A stretch of DNA of 64,000 bases from an uncultured Acidobacteriota bacterium (GCA_963809485.1 CAWEJX010000021.1:116335-180334), one strand, 5' to 3'. Shown: positions 34,447 to 45,625, numbered from the stretch's first letter. Numbers and translations: made by a program. The notes: generated by a model from the letters alone, not told the origin.

Positions 34447-35355
34447 TTAGTGCTTCAACAGTTCTCCCAATCGCCGATTATATTGGCATCTATCGTTAGA
34501 GTCCCCAAATTCACCCACAGGCCTGAACGCAAAAATGGGGCATTGATGAGCGAGCGCGTGATCCCCGTATCCGACATACAACAGCTGAAAATGCTCGCGC
34601 ACGGAATCAAGGAACTCGTTTTGAGTCGGATAGGTAGCCTTCATGGGCGGGATTCCGGTCCGGGCCGGAAGGTTTTTTATCTCAGGTGGAGGTACGTAGC
34701 CGGTCCTCCGGTATAGTTCGGGCAGAAAGATTCCGAACCGCTCCATATGAGAATCGATTATGTCCTTGCTGGATAATACGCCCTGGAAAATATCCGGCTG
34801 CATTGCAGTGATGAACCGGAACCGCAGCTCGTGATAGTCTGTAATTCCTTCTGAAAGATACAGGGCGGCAACGTCTTGAGGATTTTCCTTGGGTTCGCAC
34901 TGTGTGTGTATGCGGGTCAGGAACAGGCCGCCCGGCTTGAGGTTTGAGGAAAGGATGCGGGCAAAATTCCGGTATCCTTCAGGATATGAAAAGATGTTAA
35001 AAACACCGTCTCCAATAATTGCGTCAAATCTCTGAGGTACAAAGGGCAGATGTACCCAATCGGCCTGGACCAATTGTTTCCCATGATCACAGTCTCCGAG
35101 CCCAAAGGCACGAACCATAGCCTCCGAATTGTCTACCACTGTGAGCGTGGTCTTATCGGGCGGAATCATGTTGACAATTTCCGGTGTGATGCCCAGTACA
35201 AGCATTTGGATTGCGGAATGATCGATTCTTTGGCGTATCCATCCGGCTACCAGGCTCTCCATGATGGCAGTTTCCTGCCGGCTCGGCCGCCAGGGCGATT
35301 TCATCCTTCTGTAGACTTCGGTCGAATGATCCCAAAAATCACCTTTCATCTGCAT
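34447..35355 (-). CDS. Class I SAM-dependent methyltransferase-like protein
   Basis: PWRPS, MLVLGITPE, VDNSEAMV, ADWVHLPF...FDAIIGDG, LKPGG. Confidence 0.75.
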   Translation of the reverse strand: MQMKGDFWDHSTEVYRRMKSPWRPSRQETAIMESLVAGWIRQRIDHSAIQMLVLGITPEIVNMIPPDKTTLTVVDNSEAMVRAFGLGDCDHGKQLVQADWVHLPFVPQRFDAIIGDGVFNIFSYPEGYRNFARILSSNLKPGGLFLTRIHTQCEPKENPQDVAALYLSEGITDYHELRFRFITAMQPDIFQGVLSSKDIIDSHMERFGIFLPELYRRTGYVPPPEIKNLPARTGIPPMKATYPTQNEFLDSVREHFQLLYVGYGDHALAHQCPIFAFRPVGEFGDSNDRCQYNRRLGELLKH

Positions 35356-35390
35356 TCTCCGGATGCGCTATTAATTAAGCGCGAGGGCCA

Positions 35391-36245
35391 ATGATTTCAA
35401 GAAAGAAAATCAGCATCCTCCTGCATAAAAAGGATTCTCCCTTCCGGCAGAATAGTCATCTGATCTGGGGCATAGCGCCCATTTGGCGGGAAATGGGTTT
35501 TAAAGTCGAAGTTTTAAGGGGAATCCCCGGGCTCAACCTAAAAACGGATTTATTGCTGCCTCACATAGATTTGACCCGGGTGCCCGAGGAATACGCGGAC
35601 TACACGGCCGGCGTTCCGCACGTCCTGAACCGGCAAGTGACCGACATTTCCAAACGCCGCATCAGCGGGAACCTGCTTTGCCGGAACGATGTGTACGACG
35701 CGCCCGTAATAGTCAAAACCGATAACAACTGCGGGGGATTCCCGGAGCTGAAACTGAGCCCTTACTTGCGGGCGAAGCGAAGGCTGCTCCGTCTTGCGGG
35801 CATCAGGTCGTCCCTGAATGCCAGTGGATCCGGCGGCTTCGTGCTGGACAAATACCTCTTATTCCCGACACTCGGGCAAGTTCCGGCGGAAGTCTGGTCG
35901 AATCCGGATCTGGTTGTGGAAAAATTCATCCCGGAACGCCGGGAACAGTCTTACGGCATACGGGTCGCTCTGTTCCTGGGGAATATTGTGCTGAACCGGA
36001 GATTATGGTCAACGGACCCGGTCATCAAGGGATTGCCGGCGCTTTCCGAAACGCTGGATGTGCCTGAGGAGCTTCTCGAAATAAGGGACCGGCTGGGCTT
36101 TGATTACGGGAAATTCGATTATGTGGTGCATCAGGGCAAAGTCCATATTATTGATGCCAACAAAACGCCCGGGATCCTGGCGTCGGGCGAAGTCAGCGCG
36201 AGTATTTGCGGCAAACTGGCAAAGGGCATCCTGAGCTATTTATGA
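35391..36245 (+). CDS. ATP-grasp-fold protein
   Basis: PVIVKTDNNCGG.PE, VVEKFIPE, GFDYGKFDYV...IIDANKTPG. Confidence 0.65.
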   Translation: MISRKKISILLHKKDSPFRQNSHLIWGIAPIWREMGFKVEVLRGIPGLNLKTDLLLPHIDLTRVPEEYADYTAGVPHVLNRQVTDISKRRISGNLLCRNDVYDAPVIVKTDNNCGGFPELKLSPYLRAKRRLLRLAGIRSSLNASGSGGFVLDKYLLFPTLGQVPAEVWSNPDLVVEKFIPERREQSYGIRVALFLGNIVLNRRLWSTDPVIKGLPALSETLDVPEELLEIRDRLGFDYGKFDYVVHQGKVHIIDANKTPGILASGEVSASICGKLAKGILSYL

Positions 36246-36272
36246 ACACGCACATAGGATCCGGGAGACGCA

Positions 36273-37247
36273 ATGGCGATTGATGCCGCTATGCTCGAAG
36301 TTCTTCAATGTCCGGCATGCCGGGGATGCTTGAGTGAAATCCCGGACGGCCTTTTGTGCAATTCCTGCGCCAGGGAGTATTCCGTTTCCAGCGGCATCCC
36401 TGACATGACCTTCCTGGGAACCGGGACCTCCGATGACGATCTCAACCGCATACAGGCACTCCACGAATCAGCGGTACACGACCAGATGGCTGAGTCGCTT
36501 TACGAGGAGCAGATTGTCCGGATCTATGGAACGAAGACGCGGTTGCTGGCTCAAAGCTGGGCGGACAGAATCGCGAAAATGCCTCAACCGGTGCGAGTCC
36601 TGGACTACGGCTGCGGCACAGGCCAGATGAGCCGGATCCTCGGGCGATATTGCCGATCCTTGTTCGCCGTCGACATTTCGGCTGCCAGCGTGAAAAAGAA
36701 CGTGGCCGATAACGGAGTGCTTGGCTGCGTCGCCAACGGACTCTACCTGCCGTTCAGGGACCATGCATTCGATGTTGTCTGTCTGAGCGGAGTCCTGCAC
36801 CATATCCTGGATCTGGCTCGGGCGGCCGGCGAGATCACACGTGTGTCCGGGTGTTATGTATTTGTTTCCGACATAATGCCGAACTCCAGTCCCGCCATCC
36901 GGAGAGCGTGGGATTACCCAGGGGCGCTTCCAAAGCTGCTCTATGGAGCCTGGGCTGTCCTGTGGCTGGCAAACGTCGCCGCACGAAAGCTTGGGAGAAA
37001 GGCACTGGCCGGGTTGGGGCTGCCGAAGTCTGCCAGGGCAGGAGTACCCAGCAGGTTTGAGAAACCGATTGCTGCCGGAGCGGCGGAGAAACTGTTTCTG
37101 GATAACGGCTTTATCAGGGATCGGCTGCGATACTGGACCAACCTGAGGGTACCGGGCGATCACATCCTGAAGCGATGGGCCACGCTGGCGCTGGTGAACG
37201 AGGCTATTGGAACGCATTTTGAATTTGTTTTCAGACGGAACCTTTAG
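36273..37247 (+). CDS. Trm112-like Zn-ribbon plus SAM methyltransferase (type 11)
   Basis: LQCPACRG...CNSC..Y....GIP; VLDYGCGTG; LPFRDHAFDVV...VLHH. Confidence 0.85.
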   Translation: MAIDAAMLEVLQCPACRGCLSEIPDGLLCNSCAREYSVSSGIPDMTFLGTGTSDDDLNRIQALHESAVHDQMAESLYEEQIVRIYGTKTRLLAQSWADRIAKMPQPVRVLDYGCGTGQMSRILGRYCRSLFAVDISAASVKKNVADNGVLGCVANGLYLPFRDHAFDVVCLSGVLHHILDLARAAGEITRVSGCYVFVSDIMPNSSPAIRRAWDYPGALPKLLYGAWAVLWLANVAARKLGRKALAGLGLPKSARAGVPSRFEKPIAAGAAEKLFLDNGFIRDRLRYWTNLRVPGDHILKRWATLALVNEAIGTHFEFVFRRNL

Positions 37248-37324
37248 GCGCTGCTGTCAGTGTATCTGTGCTAATCTCAAACAGACTGGTGACGCGGGTT
37301 GTACTTTGGGAATCGGGATGATGC

Positions 37325-38521
37325 ATGAAGACTAGGCCGGAAGCCAAAATGAACCTCGTTCTTTTTCTCAGCGCATTGGGATACGGAGGCCTCGGACGAA
37401 TCATGTCGGACGTCTCATGCCGACTTCCGGAAAACGTCAACCAGACCATGGTGCTGCTAAAAGACAGGGTCATGTATCCCTATCGAGGCCGGCTGCGGAT
37501 TCTGGGGAAAAACTGCCTCAAGCGTCTTCCTGTCAAAGGCCTGAGACTCCTCCTCAATGTCCTGAAATTCCGAAAGCTGATCCGGGAAGTAAAACCTGAC
37601 GCGGTCCTCTGCTTTAACCACGATGCGCGCGCCATCAATTTCCTGGCCAAGATGTCCCTCCCCTGGATGCGCTATGGAACAACCATAGCCGCCCTCGGCA
37701 TCGCGACGCAATACGAGAAATATTTCCCCGGATCGAGGAAACCCCTGCACCGGCTGCTGGTTTTTATGCTTTTCAGGCATGCCGATAGAGTCATAGCAAT
37801 TACAGAAGGGGTCAAATCCGATCTGGTTGCGGGTTTCAAGGTGGATTCGAGGAAGATCAAAGTCGTCTATGGAGCCGTGGATTTTCAAAAGTCGGCGGAA
37901 CTGGCATCAGAACCTGTCGACCATCCCTGGTTTTCTCAGGATGTCCCCATCATCGTCTTATCGGGGCGGCTCGTTTTTGAGAAAAACCAATCCGATCTCA
38001 TGAAAGCGTTTGCCATGGTAAGAAAACAAAAATCCTGCCGGCTTGCATTGATCGGCGACGGACCGGAGCAGAGCGCTCTCCAGACCCTGGCAGAAACCCT
38101 CGATATTTCGATGGACGTTCTCTTTCTGGGATACCAGGAAAATCCGTTCAAATTTGTTTCGAGGTCCAGCGTTTTTGCTTTCCCGTCGCTGTTTGAAGCC
38201 CAGGGCCTTGTTTTGATAGAAGCCATGGCAGTCGGCTGTCCCATCGTAGCCTATGATTGCCCCGTTGGCCCAAGAGAAATGCTGGCGCCGGGAACCGGCG
38301 GCTCAGTCTGCGGCGACAATATTGAGGAAGCCGCTTACGGACTTCTCGTAGAGACAGGAAATGTGGAGGCCTTTGCAAAAGCAATCCTGAGGCTGCTAGA
38401 TGACGCCCAGTTAAGAGACAGATATTCCAGGCTGGGAGCAGAGAGGGCCAAACAGTTTGATCCTCAGGATATGGCGGATGGATATTTCCGGGTCCTGGCC
38501 GATTCCATCTCGCGGGTGTGA
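37325..38521 (+). CDS. Glycosyltransferase family 4
   Basis: YGGLGR, GRLVFEKN, FLGYQENP, FPSLFEAQGLVLIEAMAVGCPIV..DCPVGPRE. Confidence 0.92.
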   Translation: MKTRPEAKMNLVLFLSALGYGGLGRIMSDVSCRLPENVNQTMVLLKDRVMYPYRGRLRILGKNCLKRLPVKGLRLLLNVLKFRKLIREVKPDAVLCFNHDARAINFLAKMSLPWMRYGTTIAALGIATQYEKYFPGSRKPLHRLLVFMLFRHADRVIAITEGVKSDLVAGFKVDSRKIKVVYGAVDFQKSAELASEPVDHPWFSQDVPIIVLSGRLVFEKNQSDLMKAFAMVRKQKSCRLALIGDGPEQSALQTLAETLDISMDVLFLGYQENPFKFVSRSSVFAFPSLFEAQGLVLIEAMAVGCPIVAYDCPVGPREMLAPGTGGSVCGDNIEEAAYGLLVETGNVEAFAKAILRLLDDAQLRDRYSRLGAERAKQFDPQDMADGYFRVLADSISRV

Positions 38522-38627
38522 ATACCTGATGAGTAGGTTAGCTCTGCAGACATCCAGGCCAAATGGCCGGCTGTACGGTTCCCGGCGGTGAATTCTTATC
38601 CGCACAACCCTACGGTGGCTGATTTAT

Positions 38628-39119
38628 GTGCATGACGCAGATATCATGGATCAAGAACAAATGATTTTCTGGCAACGATTTTCCCGGACTTTTTTCCACA
38701 CCGGGCCTCCCATGCGACCGTCGGCAGAGGACCTTGCCAATTGCTGGGATATTGCGAATGAATGGATTGAAAAGCGAGGAGCGCCTCGAGTACTGCTGTT
38801 GGGAGTGACACCCGAGCTTTATAGCCTGCCCTGGCCCAAAGGTACCGACTTTCTGGCAGTAGATGGATCCCAGGATATGATCGATGCGGTGTGGCCGGGG
38901 CCTGAAGATGCCATCCGGTGCAGTAATTGGCTTTCTCTGGATCTTCCCAGGGGATCGCGCGATATCGTGCTGCGTGATGGAGGTTTGCACCTGCTCAGAT
39001 ACCCGGAGGCACAGCATCAGCTTATCAGCATTTTCCGGCGCACACAGCCGCATTTGCAGCGATCTGCTCCGAGTGGGCCAAGGGAATTCGGGCCTATCTA
39101 TAACCGGCCTTCCGCATAG
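38628..39119 (+). pseudogene. Truncated paralog (N-terminal half) of the 34447-35355 methyltransferase
   Basis: PPMRPS...VLLLGVTPE...VDGSQDMI...DIVLRDGG...YPE, then homology is lost. Confidence 0.7.
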
Positions 39120-39172
39120 CCCCCTGAAACTCGATTCAGGGATTCGACAAACTCCGAGCATCTCCGAATGGG

Positions 39173-40011
39173 TTAGAGCATTTTGGGGCGAAAACGCCCC
39201 CAGACATATCCCAGCGCCGCCGCATAGCTGACAAGCGCTTTCAGCGGCTTAAAGCCCGGGCGCCAACCGGATTCCGCGTAGGAGAAACCCAGGAATGCAT
39301 GAGGCACAAGTGCGGCGCTGCGCAGCAGAAGGTAAAGCAGCGGCCGTTTTTCGAACGGCCGCGCACGGAGCGGGTCGCGCATCACTGCCTGGGCATGGCC
39401 CAATCCATAGCGAAAGTGCTTTTGCAGAAGGGCCCGCAGGTCAGGAGGGGACGGGTGGTACACCCATAGGTCCGGCACGAGCATCGCTGCATACCCTGCC
39501 CGGCCCAGGCGAATGAAAAACTCCGTATCCACACCCTGTATCAGCTTCTCGTCAAACCCTCCCATTTCGTCAAACAACGCCCGGCGCAGAGCGCAACATG
39601 TGGTGGTGATCGCGCAATAAAAGTAGTTTTCAGGACCGGGACGGCTTATCACGGGTGATTGCACGACCTGATTTTCAATGCGGGCCACCTGGTTTGCGCT
39701 CCAGCGCTGAAAAGCACTGGAGTCCGGGGGGATCAGGCGCGAAGCCCCGGTAGCGCCGATCGCCGATTCCGAGATCAGCGGCGCCGCCAGTTTTTCGATG
39801 AGCTGGGGCTGAAACGGGCGGGCGTCGTCATCCAGAAACACCAGGATTTCGCCGCTGGTTCGCGAGACACCCACATTGCGCGCGCGCCCATTAGGCCGTA
39901 CGCCGCGCACCACCTCAATTTCGCACGGCGGCAGGGTCTGAGAGTGAAGCACTTGCAGCACCTGGGGATCAGCATCGGATAATGTCGGTATGATCACGCT
40001 CACCCTGGCCA
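39173..40011 (-). CDS. Glycosyltransferase family 2
   Basis: VSVIIPT, ARNVG, VFLDDD, GGFDEKL..GVDTEF. Confidence 0.88.
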
Positions 40012-40166
40012 TAGATCGATCAACAAGAAACGGGGTCAAGAAATGGGGAGAAATGGGGTCGGACCACGAAAAATGCCTGGTGACCGGAGAAGATGCTTAT
40101 CTCGATATATATTTGTCGAATGAGCACACACCGTCCGGTCCCGATTCCAATCCCGATGCCGTATTC

Positions 40167-40652
40167 TCAGCCCGCAGCGGGCGGCTTCATGCGCATGTGG
40201 ATCTCCGTGCCGCCCTTCTCGAAGCGGACTTCGTCCATCAGCTGATTGATGAGATAGATACCACGGCCGCCTGTCGCGAATATGTTCTGCCCGACGATGG
40301 GACTGGGGATGGATGCCGGATCGAATCCCGGTCCCGGATCGCGAATGACAATGAGCATGCCGCGTGCATGGTCGCACGCGACGCAGCATTGAATCTGCTT
40401 GGAGCGATCATTTGCGCTCCCATGCTTGATAGCATTGGCGAGGGCCTCCCACAACGCCACTTCAATCTCGAACTCGCGGCCCGCCGCGCAGCCCATTTCA
40501 TTGACGACAGCCATGATTTTTTCGATGAAGGGTCCGATCGTGCCGACGTCGCCCGGCAGAGTTTCGTCCAGTTTTACCAGAAGGTTGCTGCTGTCGAATT
40601 CACAATGGGTAAAGGGTTCGCTCGACATATCTGCTCTCTCGGTGTCGGTCAT
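40167..40652 (-). CDS. RsbW-like anti-sigma / Ser-Thr kinase (HATPase_c_2)
   Basis: EALANAIKHG, IRDPGPGFDP, GGRGIYLINQLMDEV. Confidence 0.9.
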   Translation of the reverse strand: MTDTERADMSSEPFTHCEFDSSNLLVKLDETLPGDVGTIGPFIEKIMAVVNEMGCAAGREFEIEVALWEALANAIKHGSANDRSKQIQCCVACDHARGMLIVIRDPGPGFDPASIPSPIVGQNIFATGGRGIYLINQLMDEVRFEKGGTEIHMRMKPPAAG

Positions 40653-41014
40653 GCGCCAAGAAGGCGAATCTCCGGATCATTGCCTGCCGGCCATGAGGCT
40701 GTTTTCAACCGCGATGCCTCAAAGCCTTAGAGTGTTGGCGGCTGAAAGCCATATCCTTCAGAACGCCTGGATTCAAAGATATCCCGAAGCACAGTCTCCA
40801 GTTTTTGCCCTCCTATATTAAGCCCTGGATCACAAAAAGGCACCGAATTTGCGTTCCTTTTTCCCAGTTCGGCCCCGTCATACCAAAAAACAGGACATCC
40901 TTTGGTAAAAAATGAGCTGTTTTGAAATCCATAATAGCTGGGTTGGGAGGACACGTTGACTTCCGTTTGGCGGACGCCGAGCCACGCTGAAACAATGTAA
41001 ACCTATAAGTTTTT

Positions 41015-41111
41015 CAGCGTGCGCCGGCGTTTTTGTCGGCGTATGTCGGCGTTTAATGATCCTGGAACTGCCAAACTCTGTGAGTCTCCCAGTAGAACTG
41101 GGGGATTGCCC
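41015..41111 (-). mobile_element. Degenerate IS200-MITE left end
   Basis: Minus strand ggcaatcccccagttctactgggagactcacagagtttggcagttcc resembles the MITE left end; adjacent gtcggcg repeats. Confidence 0.55.
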
Positions 41112-41155
41112 GTTTATTTAGGGCTGGGACCGCTTCAGGATAGAGCGACCGCGTA

Positions 41156-42925
41156 TCAGCTTTCGGGCGCTTCATACGCCCCCCTGGCTTCCCCCGTGTC
41201 CGGGGCACCGCCGTACTGAAATGGAGCAGGTGCTTTGGAGCGCCACTTGTCGATGGAAGCCGACACAGCATGGTCGAAGTCGGAAACCTTCCACAGCGGG
41301 CTCGTTTCCCCGCCCACTACGAGGATGCTGACCTTTTCCGGCCTGTGGTAAGGGGCGATAAGAGCATCGCCGGGGATTTGCTTCCAGGCGGCGTATGGCT
41401 GCACGCCGCTCAGTGCAAGAGGCGCCACCAGCATGTCGATTATATCGTTGGCCCAGAATTGGCCTGCCGTCATCCGGACATTCTCGGAAATCCATCGACT
41501 GACATCGAGTTTGGCCTGAAACCCTTCGTTTTCCTTGAGATGCCGGGCCAGCATCGGGTCCAGAATCAGGGTGGCACCGGAATAAAGCGCCGGGAGCGCC
41601 TGCATCTGTATTTTAATTTCTTCTCCCCAGGAGCGTTTGGCGGCGGCGCCGGTGCTGTTCAGAAGGTTCCATCCCCGGAAAAGGCTGACAACGCTTTCTT
41701 CCGGCTTGTGGCCTTTCTGCACGTGAAACGGCTCCCATACGCTGCGCTCTTCGTTCTCGGCCATGCAAAGGTTGTTGTAGGAATAGTTGTTGCCCTGGGA
41801 TGTCCAGAAGGTTCTTTTGCGCCGGGCGTAACCCCACACGATGCTCATCAGCGTCCACGCCCGTCCGATAACTGCGTTGGCCTGGTTGTAGGGTCCCAGA
41901 GCTCCCATGCCGTAGTTCATGCCGATCTCATTGCGGATGGGCCCATTCACCAGCAGCGCGCTGGCGAAGGGCAGCGTCGAGGGTTGAATGGCGGGGTGGC
42001 CGGTCGATGCAATGGCGAGGAGGACGGGCAGATGCTCCGGCCGGGCACCGGCCATTACCGCGGCAATAGCGACCGTCTCGACAGTGATTCGCAGATTTTC
42101 CTGTGTGTCGACCATGTACGGCTTGCCGACCAGCTTGTCCGGCGGCTGCGCGGTGCCGGTGAGCATTTCCGCAACGCGTTCCTCCGTGGGCAGAATGATG
42201 GGCAAGCCGTCCGTCCATCCGCGCTCGAAAAAGAACCGCTGCAGGTTGTCTTCATTGTCCGCTTCGAGCGACCGCTTCCTGTGCGGGGGAACGGGATGTT
42301 TGATGGCAAGATTCCGGCTCTCTTCCTCAGTGTAGGGCCTGGTGAGTGCCTCCAGCACCTCGTCCACAAGCCGCTTTCCCGTCACGGGGTCCTTGCCTTC
42401 GATATATCCGCGCAGCACGGACGGCGGCATGGATACCACCGGATGAGGCGTAAACATGAAGCGCAGCGGCACCCCGTAAAATTCCTTATCCTCCTGGGCC
42501 ACGTTCTCGAAAGCAATGGTTGCAAGCGGAGCTGTGGGAACTCCATACTCCAGTTCAAGAGTTCGGCAACTGCCGGCGACCGCCGCTATGCATCCCGGTC
42601 AACCCGCCACGCCGAATATAACCGCATCGCCTTTTTCCCTAATCTCCGCCCACAAGTCCTTGGTGTCGTCCCTAAAAATGAATCCCGTCTTTCGCTTAAT
42701 GACGGTTTTTACGGTCGGCATGTTTTCGGCAAACCATGCCTGGAATTGCTCCATGAAAAGGTCGCTTCCCCCGAAGCCCTGATTTACCAGGTACACGGTC
42801 TTGCCGCTCAGACTTTCCAGACGCGGCGCCATTTTCCACGACGGGGCGCCGGCGCCCGAACCCTCTGAAGCCGGCGTTCGCAAAGCTTCAGGATTTAAAA
42901 CCGCAGTAAGCATTGGACTCGCCAT
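41156..42925 (-). CDS. UGSC-family selenoprotein (589 aa, Sec at codon 109, U-P-G-C)
   Basis: ORFs 42599-42925 and 41156-42502 are in frame and joined by a single TGA: AVIFGVAG-U-PGCIAAV...LELEYGVPTAPL...; C-terminal GWTDGLPIILPTEERV domain; SECIS-like hairpin follows the TGA. Confidence 0.85.
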
Positions 42926-43064
42926 CAGACCTTGCTCCTTTCATCAAAAACAATGCCAGATCGTTTTTCCCTGCCCGGGAATAATAAAGTGTTTGGAACC
43001 CCGGAGGGCTACCGGGCGAACCTACTGTGACGCAGGACTTGCGCAGAAAACCGCCGGGCAGTTT

Positions 43065-43589
43065 CTATTTTCCGGAATCGGCTTTCAGATCCTTCAACTT
43101 TTCCGCAACCCGCTGGGCGTCAAGTACAGGGTCGACATCCTTCTCGATCGCGCGAATCCGCAAATCAGGACCAATAACAAAGGTCCATCGTTTGGACATA
43201 TTCACCACCGGCATTTTCGTTCCGTAAGCCTTGATGGCGTCGAGCCCGGGATCGGCCAGAAGGGTGAAGTTAAGATTGTGCTTCTTTTTGAAGTCCGCAA
43301 GCGCTTTCACGTCGTCGGCGCTTACCCCGAAGATTTCCGCTCCCAGGTTGCGGATCTTCGAGATATTATCGCGAAAAGCGCAGGCCTGCTTGGTGCATCC
43401 CGGCGTATCCGCCTTGGGGTAAAAATACAGCACCGTCCATTGACCTTTGCGTGACTGCAGGTCGAAGATTGAACCCTTATCGGTCTTCAGTTTCACGCCT
43501 GGAGCCGGGTCGCCCACTTTCAGATCGGAAGCCAGCCCGGAACCCCAAAAGCTCAATAGAAAAAACGCCATCATAGTCGCCTTTCCCAT
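43065..43589 (-). CDS. bcp: Peroxiredoxin Q/BCP with signal peptide
   Basis: LYFYPKADTPGCTKQACAFRD, GVSAD, FTLLAD. Confidence 0.92.
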   Translation of the reverse strand: MGKATMMAFFLLSFWGSGLASDLKVGDPAPGVKLKTDKGSIFDLQSRKGQWTVLYFYPKADTPGCTKQACAFRDNISKIRNLGAEIFGVSADDVKALADFKKKHNLNFTLLADPGLDAIKAYGTKMPVVNMSKRWTFVIGPDLRIRAIEKDVDPVLDAQRVAEKLKDLKADSGK

Positions 43590-44074
43590 TCTTCGAACCC
43601 CTTTGTTGTGTATTCCCAGCTGACTTATAACATCCGCTTTCCCGATCTACAACCTGTGCGCTCCCTGCGCTGCCGCGTTGTCTTCCACAGAGGCATGCAA
43701 AAGCCGATGACGCATCGGAATCGTCTTGTCAACTCCAGCCCGTTGATCCTCGCGTGCGTGGCCGGCATTCGTCAGCGCCTTTTTCGGCGTATCTCGGGTT
43801 CGCTGGCACAGAAGCTGTCATCCGAAAGCCCCCAAACAGAGATGGGGAAACCGATGCAGATATTACTTTGCCGAGGAGGAGAATGACTCAATATTATGCC
43901 GAACTCAATAATTGAAGCTCGGGAGTGCCTGTATTATGATGCGCGCGTCCTGACAAAAAAACAGATGATTCTGAGCCCTGCGATGGATTCGCATGGGGGG
44001 ACACCAGGATGGGGAAGGTTCTTCTTTCTGCCTTTTTCGCCTCATCCGTACCATAAATCTGCAAGGTATAAGCA

Positions 44075-45196
44075 ATGGGACAATTGGCACACAAGGCCGC
44101 CGTCCTGGCCGGGATTGCCAGCCGCCGCTTCGCTTTTAGCGGCCCGCTTTTTGCCACCATTAGCCTTTCGAGCATCTGCAATCTCAACTGCCGCTTCTGC
44201 CATTACCGTGATGCAGAGATTCGTTCGGATGCGAACGGCAGGAGAACCTCCAGATTTCTAGACTATGACGCCGCCTGCAGGCTGCTCGATGATCTGCGCG
44301 ATATGGGGACCGAACTGGCAATCTTCCTTGGCGAGGGAGAACCACTCCTGTACCCGCAGCTTATCGAGCTGCTCCATGAATGCCGCAAGCGGGGAATAGG
44401 GACCGAGGTTTTCTCTAACGGCCTGCGGCTTGATCCTGTCCTGTCGGCGGAATTGGTGAGAGCCGGCCTTGGAGCCATGAAGATCAGCATCATGGCGGAC
44501 TGTGCCGAGCATTATGAAGAGCTTCGCAAAAGCGGCAGGAAAGAAACCTGGGAACAGGTCTGGCAGGGTGTGGATTCCCTGGTCAAAGCCAGAGGCAGGG
44601 CAGGGGCCAGGAAGCCCCGCATCATCCTTCATCACATGGTTTGTCGTATTACCCGGGACCGACTGGGAAGGATGGTGGAGAATGCGCGGCGGGCGAAAGC
44701 TGATGGCGTCACATTTACCCCTCTTGTCGAGCAGCCGCTTCCCATTCCGGATCTGGCTCTGAATGAAGCGGACATCCCGGACGTGTGCCGCAATCTTCGC
44801 GAAATCGATGCCTCCCTGAAAAAAACGCCTCTCAGCTGCAATGCGGAGGATGCCGCAGCACGGCTGGAGGCGGGCCCCTATGTGCACAGGCACATGCCAT
44901 GCTGGATCGGCTGGCTTTCGATGCGCATTCAAACGAACGGAGATGTCTTTTTCTGCCATGCCGTGGATCAGACAGCCGGGAATATTCTGCAGCGGAGCTT
45001 CCGCGAGATTTGGCAATCGGGGGAATACCGTTCCTTTCGCCGAATCGCCGGGAAGTGCGGCGGAATAGCCGCGCCGGAAATGCGCGCCTCCTGTCACTAC
45101 TGCTGCTATTTCCCGCATCACGAGAGGATCCGCAAACTCCGTTCTGTACGAGGGATTGTGCAAGCCCTTTGCGACACACTGACGACGGAGGAATAA
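44075..45196 (+). CDS. Radical SAM / SPASM-domain protein
   Basis: CNLNCRFC, GEGEPLL, C-terminal C..GW...GDVFFC...GNI...EIW...C..CC. Confidence 0.88.
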   Translation: MGQLAHKAAVLAGIASRRFAFSGPLFATISLSSICNLNCRFCHYRDAEIRSDANGRRTSRFLDYDAACRLLDDLRDMGTELAIFLGEGEPLLYPQLIELLHECRKRGIGTEVFSNGLRLDPVLSAELVRAGLGAMKISIMADCAEHYEELRKSGRKETWEQVWQGVDSLVKARGRAGARKPRIILHHMVCRITRDRLGRMVENARRAKADGVTFTPLVEQPLPIPDLALNEADIPDVCRNLREIDASLKKTPLSCNAEDAAARLEAGPYVHRHMPCWIGWLSMRIQTNGDVFFCHAVDQTAGNILQRSFREIWQSGEYRSFRRIAGKCGGIAAPEMRASCHYCCYFPHHERIRKLRSVRGIVQALCDTLTTEE

Positions 45197-45625
45197 TGCC
45201 GGACCCGTCGGTTCCGATCGTCAGCATTGTGATTCCCGTCCGCAATGAAAGTCGGGCGATGGCGGACCTTAATTGGCCGAAAGGAAGCCGGGAACTGATC
45301 CTGGTTGATAACGCATCATTCGACAGCTCGGGCACTCTTCTGAAAAAAGCCGGCGGTGGTCGGGCTGAGGGGGTGGGTGAATCCCGCCGCGGTTCCTACG
45401 CGGTGCGCAATGCAGAGACTTCGATTGCCGGCGGAGAGATACCGGCCTTTACCGATACCGATTGCCGCCCGGAGCGGGACTGGCTCGTAAAAGGGGCCGA
45501 TATCCTGCGACGCCACGGCCTCGACACTGTGACGGGCAAGGTCCGTCAAGTCAGCCCGGCACGCCGCACGTTATTCGATATTGTCGATCAGAGCATCTAC
45601 GTCCAAACCTCTTTGTTTCGCAAGC
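45196..45625 (+). pseudogene. Glycosyltransferase family 2 fragment
   Basis: VSIVIPVRNE, ILVDNAS, SYAVRN, AFTDTDC; degenerate, cut off at the hydrogenase operon. Confidence 0.65.

Noticed and set aside
41270-42868. Long antisense ORFs (532 aa here; also 4649-5785, 20066-21133, 25792-26889, 46198-47583)
   Set aside because: Shadow ORFs opposite well-supported GC-rich genes, with no recognisable motifs.
44075-45196. RiPP cluster around the radical SAM/SPASM gene
   Set aside because: No convincing precursor peptide, PqqD/RRE domain, peptidase or transporter nearby; the GT2 neighbour points to glycan modification.
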